From a virus (Duplodnaviria > Heunggongvirae > Uroviricota > Caudoviricetes), in IMG/VR virus record IMGVR_UViG_3300031772_000004, positions 42,710 to 106,709 of that record: 64,000 nt of DNA; one strand, given 5' to 3'. A model generated the notes under the pieces. That model made no database searches. It had not been told where the DNA came from and saw nothing but the letters and a program-made list of their open reading frames with translations. Position numbers and translations under genes: made by a program. This document shows positions 56,400-64,000 of this stretch, piece after piece (position 1 is the stretch's first letter; every line of letters starts with the position of its first letter).

Positions 56400-56726
56400 T
56401 TAATAAATACCACCATGCTTTTTAACATCCCATGTTCTAAGATTTAAAGAATCAACCATAAATTCTAAAAATTCTCGTGAATTCATATCTATAGCATTTT
56501 TGTATTCGTTCATGTCACCACCGCCCATATTATACGGATGGCCGCAACGTGATGGAAACAAATGATCTTTAGCTATTTTTCGCCATTCATCTTCGCTATA
56601 TATTGGATTTCTCCTAAATAAAGTCCAATGCTCTTTATCTTCACCACTATGTTGCGTAAATTCTACAAAGTAATATGGGAAATCATAATTGTCATTAATG
56701 TAAGGCGGATAAGATTCTATTTTCAT
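56400..56726 (-). CDS. hypothetical protein
   Basis: 108-aa ORF. Confidence 0.3.
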   Translation of the reverse strand: MKIESYPPYINDNYDFPYYFVEFTQHSGEDKEHWTLFRRNPIYSEDEWRKIAKDHLFPSRCGHPYNMGGGDMNEYKNAIDMNSREFLEFMVDSLNLRTWDVKKHGGIY

Positions 56727-56989
56727 TTTTGTTCTCCGAAAATTTTGTCCAAAAGTTTAGTTTCTTTGCTAGTTATTTTACCAAATTCTTCTATTAATTT
56801 TTTCTTTAAAAATTCCTCAGATGGCGCCGTGCCATTTTTTTCTGCTTCTTTAGCCAATTCATATAAACCATCACATTTTTCACAACCACCGGCATTACAA
56901 GTTGTGCCATGGCATTCACAATCATAATGATATGAACGGCACTCACACAAGTCACACCAAAACCAATTTTCTTCTTTTAACTCTTTCAT
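56723..56989 (-). CDS. hypothetical Cys-rich protein
   Basis: CDLCECRSYHYDCECHGTTCNAGGCEKCDG. Confidence 0.3.
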   Translation of the reverse strand: MKELKEENWFWCDLCECRSYHYDCECHGTTCNAGGCEKCDGLYELAKEAEKNGTAPSEEFLKKKLIEEFGKITSKETKLLDKIFGEQK

Positions 56990-57519
56990 ATTAATATTAT
57001 CTGGTCAAAACCTTCTTGCTGACTTGGTCGAACATACTTTTGTAACATTCTATCTATAACATCCTCGGGGACTACCCTACCACCCGCAGCCCCGCGAATC
57101 TTTTGACGGCTCATCAATAAATCTTTACTGCGTTCCATAACATATGCAATTAATGTAGCATTATGTTTCTTTGCAATCTCCACCCAGCTTTTTCTGTCTT
57201 TTGCATTTAAATTGGTAGCATCAATAATTACATTTTTACCCTTAGCCATTTCTGTGTCGGAATTACGCTTCATTATGGAAAACACTTGCGGTGTTACGCT
57301 TTGGTCATCTTCATTTCTTCCAATAATACCACGAAGCTTATCACTACTAAATAATACCGCATCAGGATGAGTAGATTTAAATTGTTCGATGTAGGTGCTT
57401 TTACCCGCTCCTGATATTCCTACGAATACATACATTATTGGTTTATTATTCATATTACATTTTTGGTCCACTTGGAAATATAATGGAAATTCCATCATCT
57501 TCATTATCTTCCCAATCAC
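56986..57519 (-). CDS. P-loop kinase resembling the T4 polynucleotide kinase (Pnk) kinase domain / AAA_33 family
   Basis: MYVFVGISGAGKSTY (Walker A, T4 Pnk GCPGSGKST). VIIDATNLNAKDRKSW (T4 Pnk VIISDTNLNPERR). 177 aa with no phosphatase domain. GTG start with GGAG SD, or an internal ATG at 57453. Confidence 0.55.
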   Translation of the reverse strand: MIGKIMKMMEFPLYFQVDQKCNMNNKPIMYVFVGISGAGKSTYIEQFKSTHPDAVLFSSDKLRGIIGRNEDDQSVTPQVFSIMKRNSDTEMAKGKNVIIDATNLNAKDRKSWVEIAKKHNATLIAYVMERSKDLLMSRQKIRGAAGGRVVPEDVIDRMLQKYVRPSQQEGFDQIILI

Positions 57520-57612
57520 TTACATCTCCATCCATAAATAATCGGATATTATTAGTTTTAACATCACTTTCTTCAATATCATTTTCTTCGATTGGTTTTG
57601 TATTATTCATAA

Positions 57613-58527
57613 TTACCTCATTATTATCTTTGCATCTGTCAATACACCATCTTTAATGTTAATTAGATATTGGCCACTCCAATCCGCTGTCAATTTTTCA
57701 TTGGAGTGGTAGATTAATTCATATATTTTATCCCATTTTCGACTGGGTTCAATAAATGAGGCTTTCCAATTAATATACATTCCTTCAATGATTTGGTATC
57801 GTGATACACAAACAGGACAGCGTGATTCTCCTGTTACCTTGTAATCATTTTGCATTGCTTTTTCTAAAGCGGATGGGTTTAAATTAGATTTTGTTGTTTG
57901 CACCTTGCGGAAACAGACACCACTAGCATTAACATTTTTTGCATATTCCAAGAAAGTAAAAATGTCATCTTTATTTTTTAGTAAATTGTCTGTAAGAACG
58001 CAATTAAGCATTACTGGTTTGCCTCTCTTATTGCATTCTACAATTATTTCTTGAAGAGCGAAGGTATTTGGAATATCTTTATTTTTAAATACACCTTGAT
58101 TGATTTCATCGTCATAGTGATGTCGGCTGATATTGACGGCTGTAACAACATTAAAATTCTTTAAATTGAAAAAGTTATTGGATAGGCCATTTGTGGTTAA
58201 TATTACTTTTTTTATCTTCGGGGCATCTTTTAGTATCCCAAGAATTTTATTAAGGTGAGGCGATAGTGTTGGCTCACCACCCGTAATACTTACTTGATTG
58301 AAATTGTCTGGTAAATTATAAAGAATATCTTTGAGGCCTTTAAAATATGTCTTTTCATTAATTTTGGTTAATTTGTTTTTGAAACAAAATGAACATGCAC
58401 ACAAGCAAGGTTGTGGAAGAATTATTGAAAAATTAGGATTCTCAATTGTCTCCAATCCTTGTTTTGGAAATTCTTCATCAAGAACGGATTCAACAATCTG
58501 TTGAACTTCTCTGCGTGTAACATTCAT
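57613..58527 (-). CDS. radical SAM enzyme (MoaA/viperin-like core; function unresolved)
   Basis: CLCACSFCF, that is CxxxCxxC followed by FCF. VSITGGEPTL (SAM-binding GGE). LTTNGLSN. 304 aa. Confidence 0.6.
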   Translation of the reverse strand: MNVTRREVQQIVESVLDEEFPKQGLETIENPNFSIILPQPCLCACSFCFKNKLTKINEKTYFKGLKDILYNLPDNFNQVSITGGEPTLSPHLNKILGILKDAPKIKKVILTTNGLSNNFFNLKNFNVVTAVNISRHHYDDEINQGVFKNKDIPNTFALQEIIVECNKRGKPVMLNCVLTDNLLKNKDDIFTFLEYAKNVNASGVCFRKVQTTKSNLNPSALEKAMQNDYKVTGESRCPVCVSRYQIIEGMYINWKASFIEPSRKWDKIYELIYHSNEKLTADWSGQYLINIKDGVLTDAKIIMR

Positions 58528-58539
58528 TTTAATGATAAT

Positions 58540-58821
58540 TTAGCAACCCCAGCCAAAATAATAACAGCTATTTGATGGTTCTGTGCTGCCAAGACGCTTT
58601 CCGGTAACTACGCTGTAATATCCGCCCCGCTTATCCTTTTTGACTTTCGCTTTTTTACTTTTTACTGCTTTAACAACATCCTTGGCGGTTGTTTTATCTA
58701 CTTTCTTACCCTTGTTATAAACATTGAAAGTATAAGATTTAGCGCCGGACTTCGTTGATGTTTCCGACATAACTTCCTTGACAACGCCTTTAATAAATTT
58801 TCTTAATTCTTTATCATCCAT
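58540..58821 (-). CDS. Lys-rich small basic protein
   Basis: KSKKAKVKKDKRGG, DNA-binding-like. Confidence 0.3.
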   Translation of the reverse strand: MDDKELRKFIKGVVKEVMSETSTKSGAKSYTFNVYNKGKKVDKTTAKDVVKAVKSKKAKVKKDKRGGYYSVVTGKRLGSTEPSNSCYYFGWGC

Positions 58822-58838
58822 ATAATATTCCTTGTTAA

Positions 58839-59255
58839 TTAATAAATATCTGTCTTTTCACCAAATGTTATGTAGTTTTCAATATATTTTGTGATATTCT
58901 CAGATCCAATTGGATTCATTGTATGCACATAATATACTGGAAAAGGTAGATTTTTATCCATACAATATTTGACTAACCATTTTGCGCATTCATAGCCGGT
59001 CTTTTCTTTGAAAGTGCCGTCGGTGTAGTATTTGTTGTAATGTCTATCACGATTATACATTGACGGTCGATAATGTTCTTGAGCCAAGTCATGATCAAAT
59101 GATATAATTTCTGGTATACCATTTTTCATAATGGTATCCACAAATTCTATGTAATTTTTTACAATTGTCCAATTGACATCAGGCAATTTTATCCATGTCA
59201 CATCTTTTGGTTCACGCACGTCATCAAGAAATAAGTTATATTTCATTCTGCCCAC
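58839..59255 (-). CDS. hypothetical protein
   Basis: 138-aa ORF. Confidence 0.3.
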   Translation of the reverse strand: MGRMKYNLFLDDVREPKDVTWIKLPDVNWTIVKNYIEFVDTIMKNGIPEIISFDHDLAQEHYRPSMYNRDRHYNKYYTDGTFKEKTGYECAKWLVKYCMDKNLPFPVYYVHTMNPIGSENITKYIENYITFGEKTDIY

Positions 59256-59635
59256 ATTATTTGTGATACTCCAACTTGCATACCATAACTATTATATTGA
59301 TTCTTTATGACGATGTTTTCTTTTGTACCGCGATTAAAAAGGGCTATATCAGTGCTCATAAAATTACCAAATTCAGTAGATATTACGACACATCTTGATG
59401 TTTTAGAAATTTCTACAGTTTTTGGAGTTACAAATTCTGTTCGTTGTGGCACTACACAAGATAACATTCCAAATCCTAAAATTGTAGAAACAACTATAAG
59501 CACAATGCCAAATATAAATGTATTACTATCCACCAAATCTTTTTTGTCACCTTGCCATCTTCGATAAATTGCTGGCAATAGGAACAAAAATCCAAATGAC
59601 ACTGCAATTGTACTTCCAATTAGTATTCCACTCAT
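59243..59635 (-). CDS. membrane protein (3 TM helices)
   Basis: ILIGSTIAVSFGFLFLLPAIY, FIFGIVLIVVSTILGFGMLSCVV. Confidence 0.35.
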   Translation of the reverse strand: MSGILIGSTIAVSFGFLFLLPAIYRRWQGDKKDLVDSNTFIFGIVLIVVSTILGFGMLSCVVPQRTEFVTPKTVEISKTSRCVVISTEFGNFMSTDIALFNRGTKENIVIKNQYNSYGMQVGVSQIMWAE

Positions 59636-59654
59636 AATTTTATTCCTTTTTTGT

Positions 59655-59682
59655 AGTATTGATAATTATATCAATTTTTTGC
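59655..59682 (-). promoter_or_regulatory. sigma70-like promoter TTGACA-16-TATAAT (minus strand)
   Basis: The reverse complement reads TTGACAttctgcaaaaaattgaTATAAT, with SD AAAGGAAT before the ATG at 59635. Confidence 0.45.
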
Positions 59683-59688
59683 AGAATG

Positions 59689-59931
59689 TCAATCTTCATA
59701 TTTCACCCAGCAGTTATTATAATTGTGCCAATGACGAAAATCGTATATACTGAAAGTAAACCATATTCCTATTAATTCAAAGGTAAAGTGAAAGCCGGCG
59801 TGGTCAACATGTTTATCCCAACGAATTGAAAATTCAAACCAACACCAAAATTTTTTATTAAAACCACACTCCGTTTCAAGACCTTTGTGCTTGCTCAGTT
59901 TTATAAAAACCCCGTGTTTCCAAAATTTCAT
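59689..59931 (-). CDS. hypothetical Trp/His/Phe-rich protein
   Basis: 80-aa ORF. Confidence 0.25.
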   Translation of the reverse strand: MKFWKHGVFIKLSKHKGLETECGFNKKFWCWFEFSIRWDKHVDHAGFHFTFELIGIWFTFSIYDFRHWHNYNNCWVKYED

Positions 59932-59938
59932 ATTAATA

Positions 59939-60238
59939 TTAGCTAGTAGAAACAGTCGTTGTTATTTTACCATAATCAGAAAGTTTTTTCTGCGACAATC
60001 CAATCGAAGAGATTTGTTTTTGGTTGATAAGAATGTTTATTTTTTTATCGCGGAGATAAGGAATTTTACTCCACCATGGTGTACCATCAGACATAGCACA
60101 TTCACCATCTATATCATCTACTTTAACATTAAGGCCAAACTTCGTAAGATAATCAGCAATAGCTAAACTTATCAATGTTTTCCCACTGCCCACTCGACCA
60201 GCAACAGTAATTATTAATTCTGGTTCTTTGTTTTTCAT
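59939..60238 (-). CDS. small P-loop NTPase
   Basis: Walker A AGRVGSGKT. The start moved to ATG 60236-38, preceded by SD AAGGGAG and abutting the ligase stop. The track ORF extends to 60313 inside the ligase. Confidence 0.4.
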   Translation of the reverse strand: MKNKEPELIITVAGRVGSGKTLISLAIADYLTKFGLNVKVDDIDGECAMSDGTPWWSKIPYLRDKKINILINQKQISSIGLSQKKLSDYGKITTTVSTS

Positions 60239-60239
60239 A

Positions 60240-61373
60240 TTATCTATCTCCCTTAAAGCAATTGTCAGGGTTAACTCGACAAGATTGTGGTGTATCTTTT
60301 CCCGTAAATCCAAGATATGTTGCTGTTACTTCCTTGCCAATCCAATCCTTTTTATTCTTTAATATTTCTGCTCGCTGTTCGTAATTGCCCGTAAATACGC
60401 CGTCGAATATCTTGCCATTTTTCATTTTCAAGGTGACGGCATATGCTGCTCCCGCCCAATTTCCGGTGCCATCGGTAATGTCAAGGATTTCAAACTCGTC
60501 ATCATCTTCGGGCTTTACCTTCAACAGATTTGCACTGCGCTTGTGTTCGTATTCGCCGTCAATTTCACGATACATCGCACCTTCATAGCCATCGTCAACA
60601 AATTCTTGATACTTTTTGTATAGCTCATCAAGACTCTTAACGATTACATAATCAACAACTACGATATACTTATAATCTTTCAAAAGTTTCTTCAAGGCTT
60701 CACGGCGCTCTTTACAGCCTGTTTCTTTTGTAATGTCATCGAAACCATAACCATCATAAACATACAGCCGAATAATCTTTTCACTCTCTGCAAGCAATTC
60801 CGGTGTAATTTCCTTATCCTTCTGCTTACGCATAATACTCATTAACTGATTGAGCTTGTAGCGCCATTCGTGATTATAACCTTCACCATCAATAAAGAGT
60901 TTTGGATATTTTTTGAAAAGTGGTTCAAGAGACTTTGCAATGTGTGGAATGGTTCTCCACAATTCACCCTGGCGGGTGTAAGTTATTGCTTTCTTGACAT
61001 TTACGCGGCCACCATTATACTTGCGGTCAAGCATTGCTGGAAAATGTAATTTCTTTAGTCTTTCCTTTAGCTTTTTAGCAAGCATCGGCTCGAGAAAGCC
61101 CGTATCATCAACGCCACCAAGAGTTTCTGAATATCCCGTTTTAAGCTGCTTTTCATACTTACTTTCGATTTCGGATGTTGCTTGCTCCGTTGGTGTCGTT
61201 TCATTTGCACGACCAACATTCTTGCCTTCAGCAATTGTCCAGTCGCTCGTAACAATCTTACCATCTTGAACACCAGCATTTGTTCGATATTTACCATCAG
61301 ATTGTTCAAGCCACCAGATGCGAATTTTGTTTTTAGAATCACGACTATATAACTTTTTATATGCTTTATTCAT
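60240..61373 (-). CDS. ATP-dependent DNA ligase (T7-like, compact)
   Basis: Motif I DRKYNGGRV (K-x-[DN]-G-x-R). III LFIDGEGY. IV DGYEGAMYRE. V LLKVKP. 377 aa. Confidence 0.75.
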   Translation of the reverse strand: MNKAYKKLYSRDSKNKIRIWWLEQSDGKYRTNAGVQDGKIVTSDWTIAEGKNVGRANETTPTEQATSEIESKYEKQLKTGYSETLGGVDDTGFLEPMLAKKLKERLKKLHFPAMLDRKYNGGRVNVKKAITYTRQGELWRTIPHIAKSLEPLFKKYPKLFIDGEGYNHEWRYKLNQLMSIMRKQKDKEITPELLAESEKIIRLYVYDGYGFDDITKETGCKERREALKKLLKDYKYIVVVDYVIVKSLDELYKKYQEFVDDGYEGAMYREIDGEYEHKRSANLLKVKPEDDDEFEILDITDGTGNWAGAAYAVTLKMKNGKIFDGVFTGNYEQRAEILKNKKDWIGKEVTATYLGFTGKDTPQSCRVNPDNCFKGDR

Positions 61374-61379
61374 ACTACA

Positions 61380-61407
61380 AGTATACCACTTTTATAATAA
61401 ATGTCAA
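61380..61407 (-). promoter_or_regulatory. sigma70-like promoter (TTGACA-16-TATACT) abutting the ligase ATG
   Basis: The reverse complement reads GCTTGACATTTATTATAAAAGTGGTATACTTGTAGTATG. The -10 ends 6 nt before the ATG, with no SD. Confidence 0.5.
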
Positions 61408-61416
61408 GCCCTTATT

Positions 61417-61719
61417 TTAACTTACCAATAATGATGTTGGTATCATAAGACTTTTCATAGTTTGCACTTGAATGTAATTCATATAGTCAAAATAATTAAT
61501 AGGCGTATCTATGTTAGGAATATAAAAAATTGGTGATGGTACAAATGCGTTACAACGTGGACAAAAATCATTATCAGATTTTAAATGACCTTCATTCTTA
61601 CATTCTGTTTTATTTAACCAATTAATAAAATAAAATGTATATTTCAACAATTTAAGTTGCCACTTTGAATTTACATTGGTTTTAGTAGCAAGCCAAGTTA
61701 AAAAGCGCAATCTATTCAT
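61417..61719 (-). CDS. hypothetical Zn-finger protein
   Basis: CKNEGH...CPRC. Confidence 0.3.
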   Translation of the reverse strand: MNRLRFLTWLATKTNVNSKWQLKLLKYTFYFINWLNKTECKNEGHLKSDNDFCPRCNAFVPSPIFYIPNIDTPINYFDYMNYIQVQTMKSLMIPTSLLVS

Positions 61720-61886
61720 AGTTATTCTTCATAAGTCAATGTCATCTTAAATATACCTTTTGCAAAGCCATGTTCATTCTTGGTAAGTTTCTTTTCAAAC
61801 TCTTCAATTGCCCAATTTATATCCGTTTCTAAGTCATATAGACTTTCATCACTATATTCTCTTTCAATAATTACTTGTTTCATATT

Positions 61887-62105
61887 TTATCCTCTCTGTA
61901 TCTCCGCTGATGATGGATACATTGTCATACCCATTACATCCAAATCGACATATTCTCTAAATTTTTTATAAGGCATTTGTTGTAATTTTTTAAATGCTAA
62001 AATTTTAGCTATTTCCATGTCTTCCGCTTTTATCTTTAATTGTTTATGCCAAATTCCTGTATTAACATACCATGTATATTTCTTTGTAGATTTTTTCTTA
62101 ATCAT
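61887..62105 (-). CDS. hypothetical protein
   Basis: 72-aa basic ORF immediately downstream of the duplicated promoter. Confidence 0.3.
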   Translation of the reverse strand: MIKKKSTKKYTWYVNTGIWHKQLKIKAEDMEIAKILAFKKLQQMPYKKFREYVDLDVMGMTMYPSSAEIQRG

Positions 62106-62112
62106 AAGCGCA

Positions 62113-62140
62113 AGTATACCACTTTTATAATAATTGTCAA
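62113..62140 (-). promoter_or_regulatory. sigma70-like promoter, near-identical copy of 61380..61407
   Basis: The reverse complement reads GCTTGACAATTATTATAAAAGTGGTATACTTGCGCTTATG. One mismatch relative to the ligase promoter. Confidence 0.5.
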
Positions 62141-62143
62141 GCT

Positions 62144-63307
62144 TTAACTTTGAAAAGGAAATATGGACAATTGAATAGCAGTGGATACATTAGAAATATA
62201 ATCTGCTATTGTAAACATTATAACATTTGTGGGGGAATTATTTATATTTTTTATATTTTGACACATATTATCAGAAATATTATACCATGACGAACCGCTC
62301 CAATATTGAAATGCCCAACATATATTAGATTGTATTAAAGATGCATTAACTTGCCCATAAAAATTAGTACCGTTTGAATAAGTGCATATTATCGGCAAAT
62401 TTGTTGGTAAGTTAGGAATAAAATTATTAACAATACATGGAATCAAATTGGTCTGTGATAAAACATAATAATTTGTATTAGTAAGTGGTGATAAAACGAC
62501 GATGTTAAATATACAACTATTAATATTACCCAAATCATCACTAACAACAAAGGTTACTTTATTAGTACCTACTAAAAAACTAGTACCTGATGGTGGCGTG
62601 AAAATATTTGTGGTTTCATTTTCAGAGGGAAATCCGGCTAAATATCCTATTGTACCAGGAGGAGCAATTTTTATGATAGTGCCCGGACAACTGACCGATA
62701 ATGTATTTGTAGAAGTATTTAGAAAAGCAATATTAGAATATTCAGAAAATTCATGAGAACGGACTTTATAGTAGTATCTTGTTCCATTAACAATATTAGT
62801 ATCCTTATACCACCCCATTGTAGGCAAAACTGCCACTTGTGCCCATGCAGTAGAATCTGTTTTTCTACTAATACAAATTTCACGACTATTAGCAGCATTG
62901 TTTAACCAAGAAATAGCAATAAATCCTGTTTGAGATATATTACTTACCACAGAAGAAAAGGTGGAATAAGTATGCCCACGAACTCTATAAAAATAATTGG
63001 GAGCTAAAGAAAAAGTATAAGTATAATTTGTGACATTAATTCCTGGAGACGCTATTTCTTTCCAATTACTATTCGTATTGAGTGTTGATTCAATACGAAA
63101 TCCAATTTCTTGTTTGTTGGAATTACTTTTCCACTTTAATAATACTGCGTTTGGATTAACATAAGAAATGGTTAAATCAGAAGGAGCAGGCAATAAAGAT
63201 GGAGAATCGTTTAAAATTTGTAAATTAGAAGGAGGAAGAACAGCAGAGAATGCAGAAAATGTTATAATAAATATAACAAAAATGATTGATTTTAAGCTGA
63301 TTTTCAT
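62144..63307 (-). CDS. secreted protein with fibronectin type III-like (Ig-like) domains
   Basis: Signal peptide MKISLKSIIFVIFIITFSAFSA. PSDLTISYVNPNAVLLKWKS...GFRIES resembles an FN3 strand pattern. Confidence 0.45.
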   Translation of the reverse strand: MKISLKSIIFVIFIITFSAFSAVLPPSNLQILNDSPSLLPAPSDLTISYVNPNAVLLKWKSNSNKQEIGFRIESTLNTNSNWKEIASPGINVTNYTYTFSLAPNYFYRVRGHTYSTFSSVVSNISQTGFIAISWLNNAANSREICISRKTDSTAWAQVAVLPTMGWYKDTNIVNGTRYYYKVRSHEFSEYSNIAFLNTSTNTLSVSCPGTIIKIAPPGTIGYLAGFPSENETTNIFTPPSGTSFLVGTNKVTFVVSDDLGNINSCIFNIVVLSPLTNTNYYVLSQTNLIPCIVNNFIPNLPTNLPIICTYSNGTNFYGQVNASLIQSNICWAFQYWSGSSWYNISDNMCQNIKNINNSPTNVIMFTIADYISNVSTAIQLSIFPFQS

Positions 63308-63354
63308 AAATTGAATCCTTATATAAATAGAAACAATTTATTTTTTAATAGAAA

Positions 63355-63930
63355 CTATTCGATTTCCGCTTCGTCAACTTCTTCTATTTCGATATTTGCC
63401 CACTTAAGCATTTGTCGAGAGGTTTTTGAATAATCTTCTTTTTGTTTAAGACAGATAATTTTCTTAATTCCTGATTGAATAATGGCGATTGCACAATCAT
63501 GACAAGGTAAACCACAATACAGATACATCATTGCTTTATCGGTAGAATGACCCGTTCTTGCTGCGTGGTATATCAAATTTCTTTCCATGTGGCTACAAGG
63601 ACATAGCTCCAATCTATCCCCCGATTTGCAGTTAAATAGTTTTCGTGGACATTTGCCTTGACAAGCCTCTGTAAACTGCCAACTATTTTCAACTTTCAGC
63701 GACTTTAAATATTCTAAGTCTATTTGTGTAAAAACATTATCATATATAAACTTTTGCCATCCCCGGGTGTTAGCATGAGGCACGCCTCGAGCCGCTCCAT
63801 TATAAGCAAAATTAATTGGTATGTTATCAGCTGTCACTAAAACTCCACCTAATTTACGACTTAAACAAGCATCGTTGTCATCCGCCAAAGCTTTAGCAAC
63901 AAGAAGATATTTTTTTGTCCATTTATCCAT
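63355..63930 (-). CDS. cd: dCMP deaminase
   Basis: CSHMERNLI (H-x-E zinc/catalytic motif) and LPCHDCAIAIIQSGIKKII (PCxxC), as in T4 Cd (HAEQNAL...PCDDCAKAIAQSGIKKLV). Confidence 0.7.
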   Translation of the reverse strand: MDKWTKKYLLVAKALADDNDACLSRKLGGVLVTADNIPINFAYNGAARGVPHANTRGWQKFIYDNVFTQIDLEYLKSLKVENSWQFTEACQGKCPRKLFNCKSGDRLELCPCSHMERNLIYHAARTGHSTDKAMMYLYCGLPCHDCAIAIIQSGIKKIICLKQKEDYSKTSRQMLKWANIEIEEVDEAEIE

Positions 63931-64000
63931 TATTCAATCTCTTTTCTTTCTTTTAGTAACAAATACCACGCTCTAATATAATCCGGCATTGTCTTTGTTT

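Noticed and set aside
60240-61373. DNA ligase motif I reads K-Y-N-G (Asn instead of the usual Asp in KxDG), which could suggest a non-canonical or inactive ligase
   Set aside because: The PROSITE-type ligase adenylation pattern allows [DN] at this position (x-K-x-[DN]-G-x-R). Motifs III, IV and V are intact, so this is within known variation.
63308-63354. TATTTATATAAGG upstream of the FN3 gene as a T4-type late promoter (TATAAATA)
   Set aside because: It is not an exact match to the late-promoter consensus, and similar AT-rich strings are frequent in this genome. Left unannotated.
1-64000. CRISPR arrays, rRNA, integrase/transposase-type mobile elements
   Set aside because: No regularly spaced direct repeats with unique spacers were seen. 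No rRNA-like GC-rich conserved stretches were seen. No tyrosine or serine recombinase or DDE transposase motifs were recognised in any frame.

Overview
AT-rich (about 30% GC by eye) window, densely coding, read as part of a large T4-like dsDNA phage genome. The T4-like call rests on a family B DNA polymerase with T4 gp43-like motifs, an RFC-like clamp loader, a candidate sliding clamp, dCMP deaminase, T7-type ATP-dependent DNA ligase, a Pnk-like kinase domain, Nudix hydrolase, HNH endonucleases, YopX and T5orf172 proteins. There are three transcription blocks.

(i) 1-23365, almost entirely minus strand: a roughly 23 kb sugar biosynthesis and glycosyltransferase island. It holds a NeuB-family nonulosonic-acid synthase, a CMP-sugar cytidylyltransferase, a PseB/CapD-like 4,6-dehydratase, a class-III aminotransferase, a short DegT-like protein, an N-formyltransferase, an LmbE-like deacetylase, an ATP-grasp enzyme, a Gfo/Idh/MocA oxidoreductase, an SDR epimerase, three SAM methyltransferases and at least seven glycosyltransferases (GT2, GT9, GT-B). 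All products appear soluble. No Wzx, Wzy or initiating phosphoglycosyltransferase is visible.

(ii) 23445-55396, mostly plus strand: replication and early genes, many small Zn-ribbon ORFs, a GuaC-like GMP reductase, a nucleoside 2-deoxyribosyltransferase-like gene, an ArdC-like (ssDNA-binding plus zincin) polyvalent-type protein followed by an SNF2-like helicase, GDP-mannose 4,6-dehydratase, a repeat-rich beta-helical fibre protein and a paralogous gene pair. The block ends at a perfect bidirectional terminator.

(iii) 55463-63930, minus strand: HNH endonuclease, P-loop kinase, radical SAM enzyme, DNA ligase, a secreted FN3-like protein and dCMP deaminase.

No rRNA, tRNA or CRISPR array was seen. 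Recurrent sigma70-like TTGACA-N16/17-TATAAT promoters occur, three of which abut start codons in a leaderless arrangement. Other structure noted: four micro-ORFs joined by an identical 15-nt junction, a decayed partial 3' gene duplication, and a duplicated 32-bp promoter.

All function calls come from motif recognition by eye and need HMM or structure confirmation.
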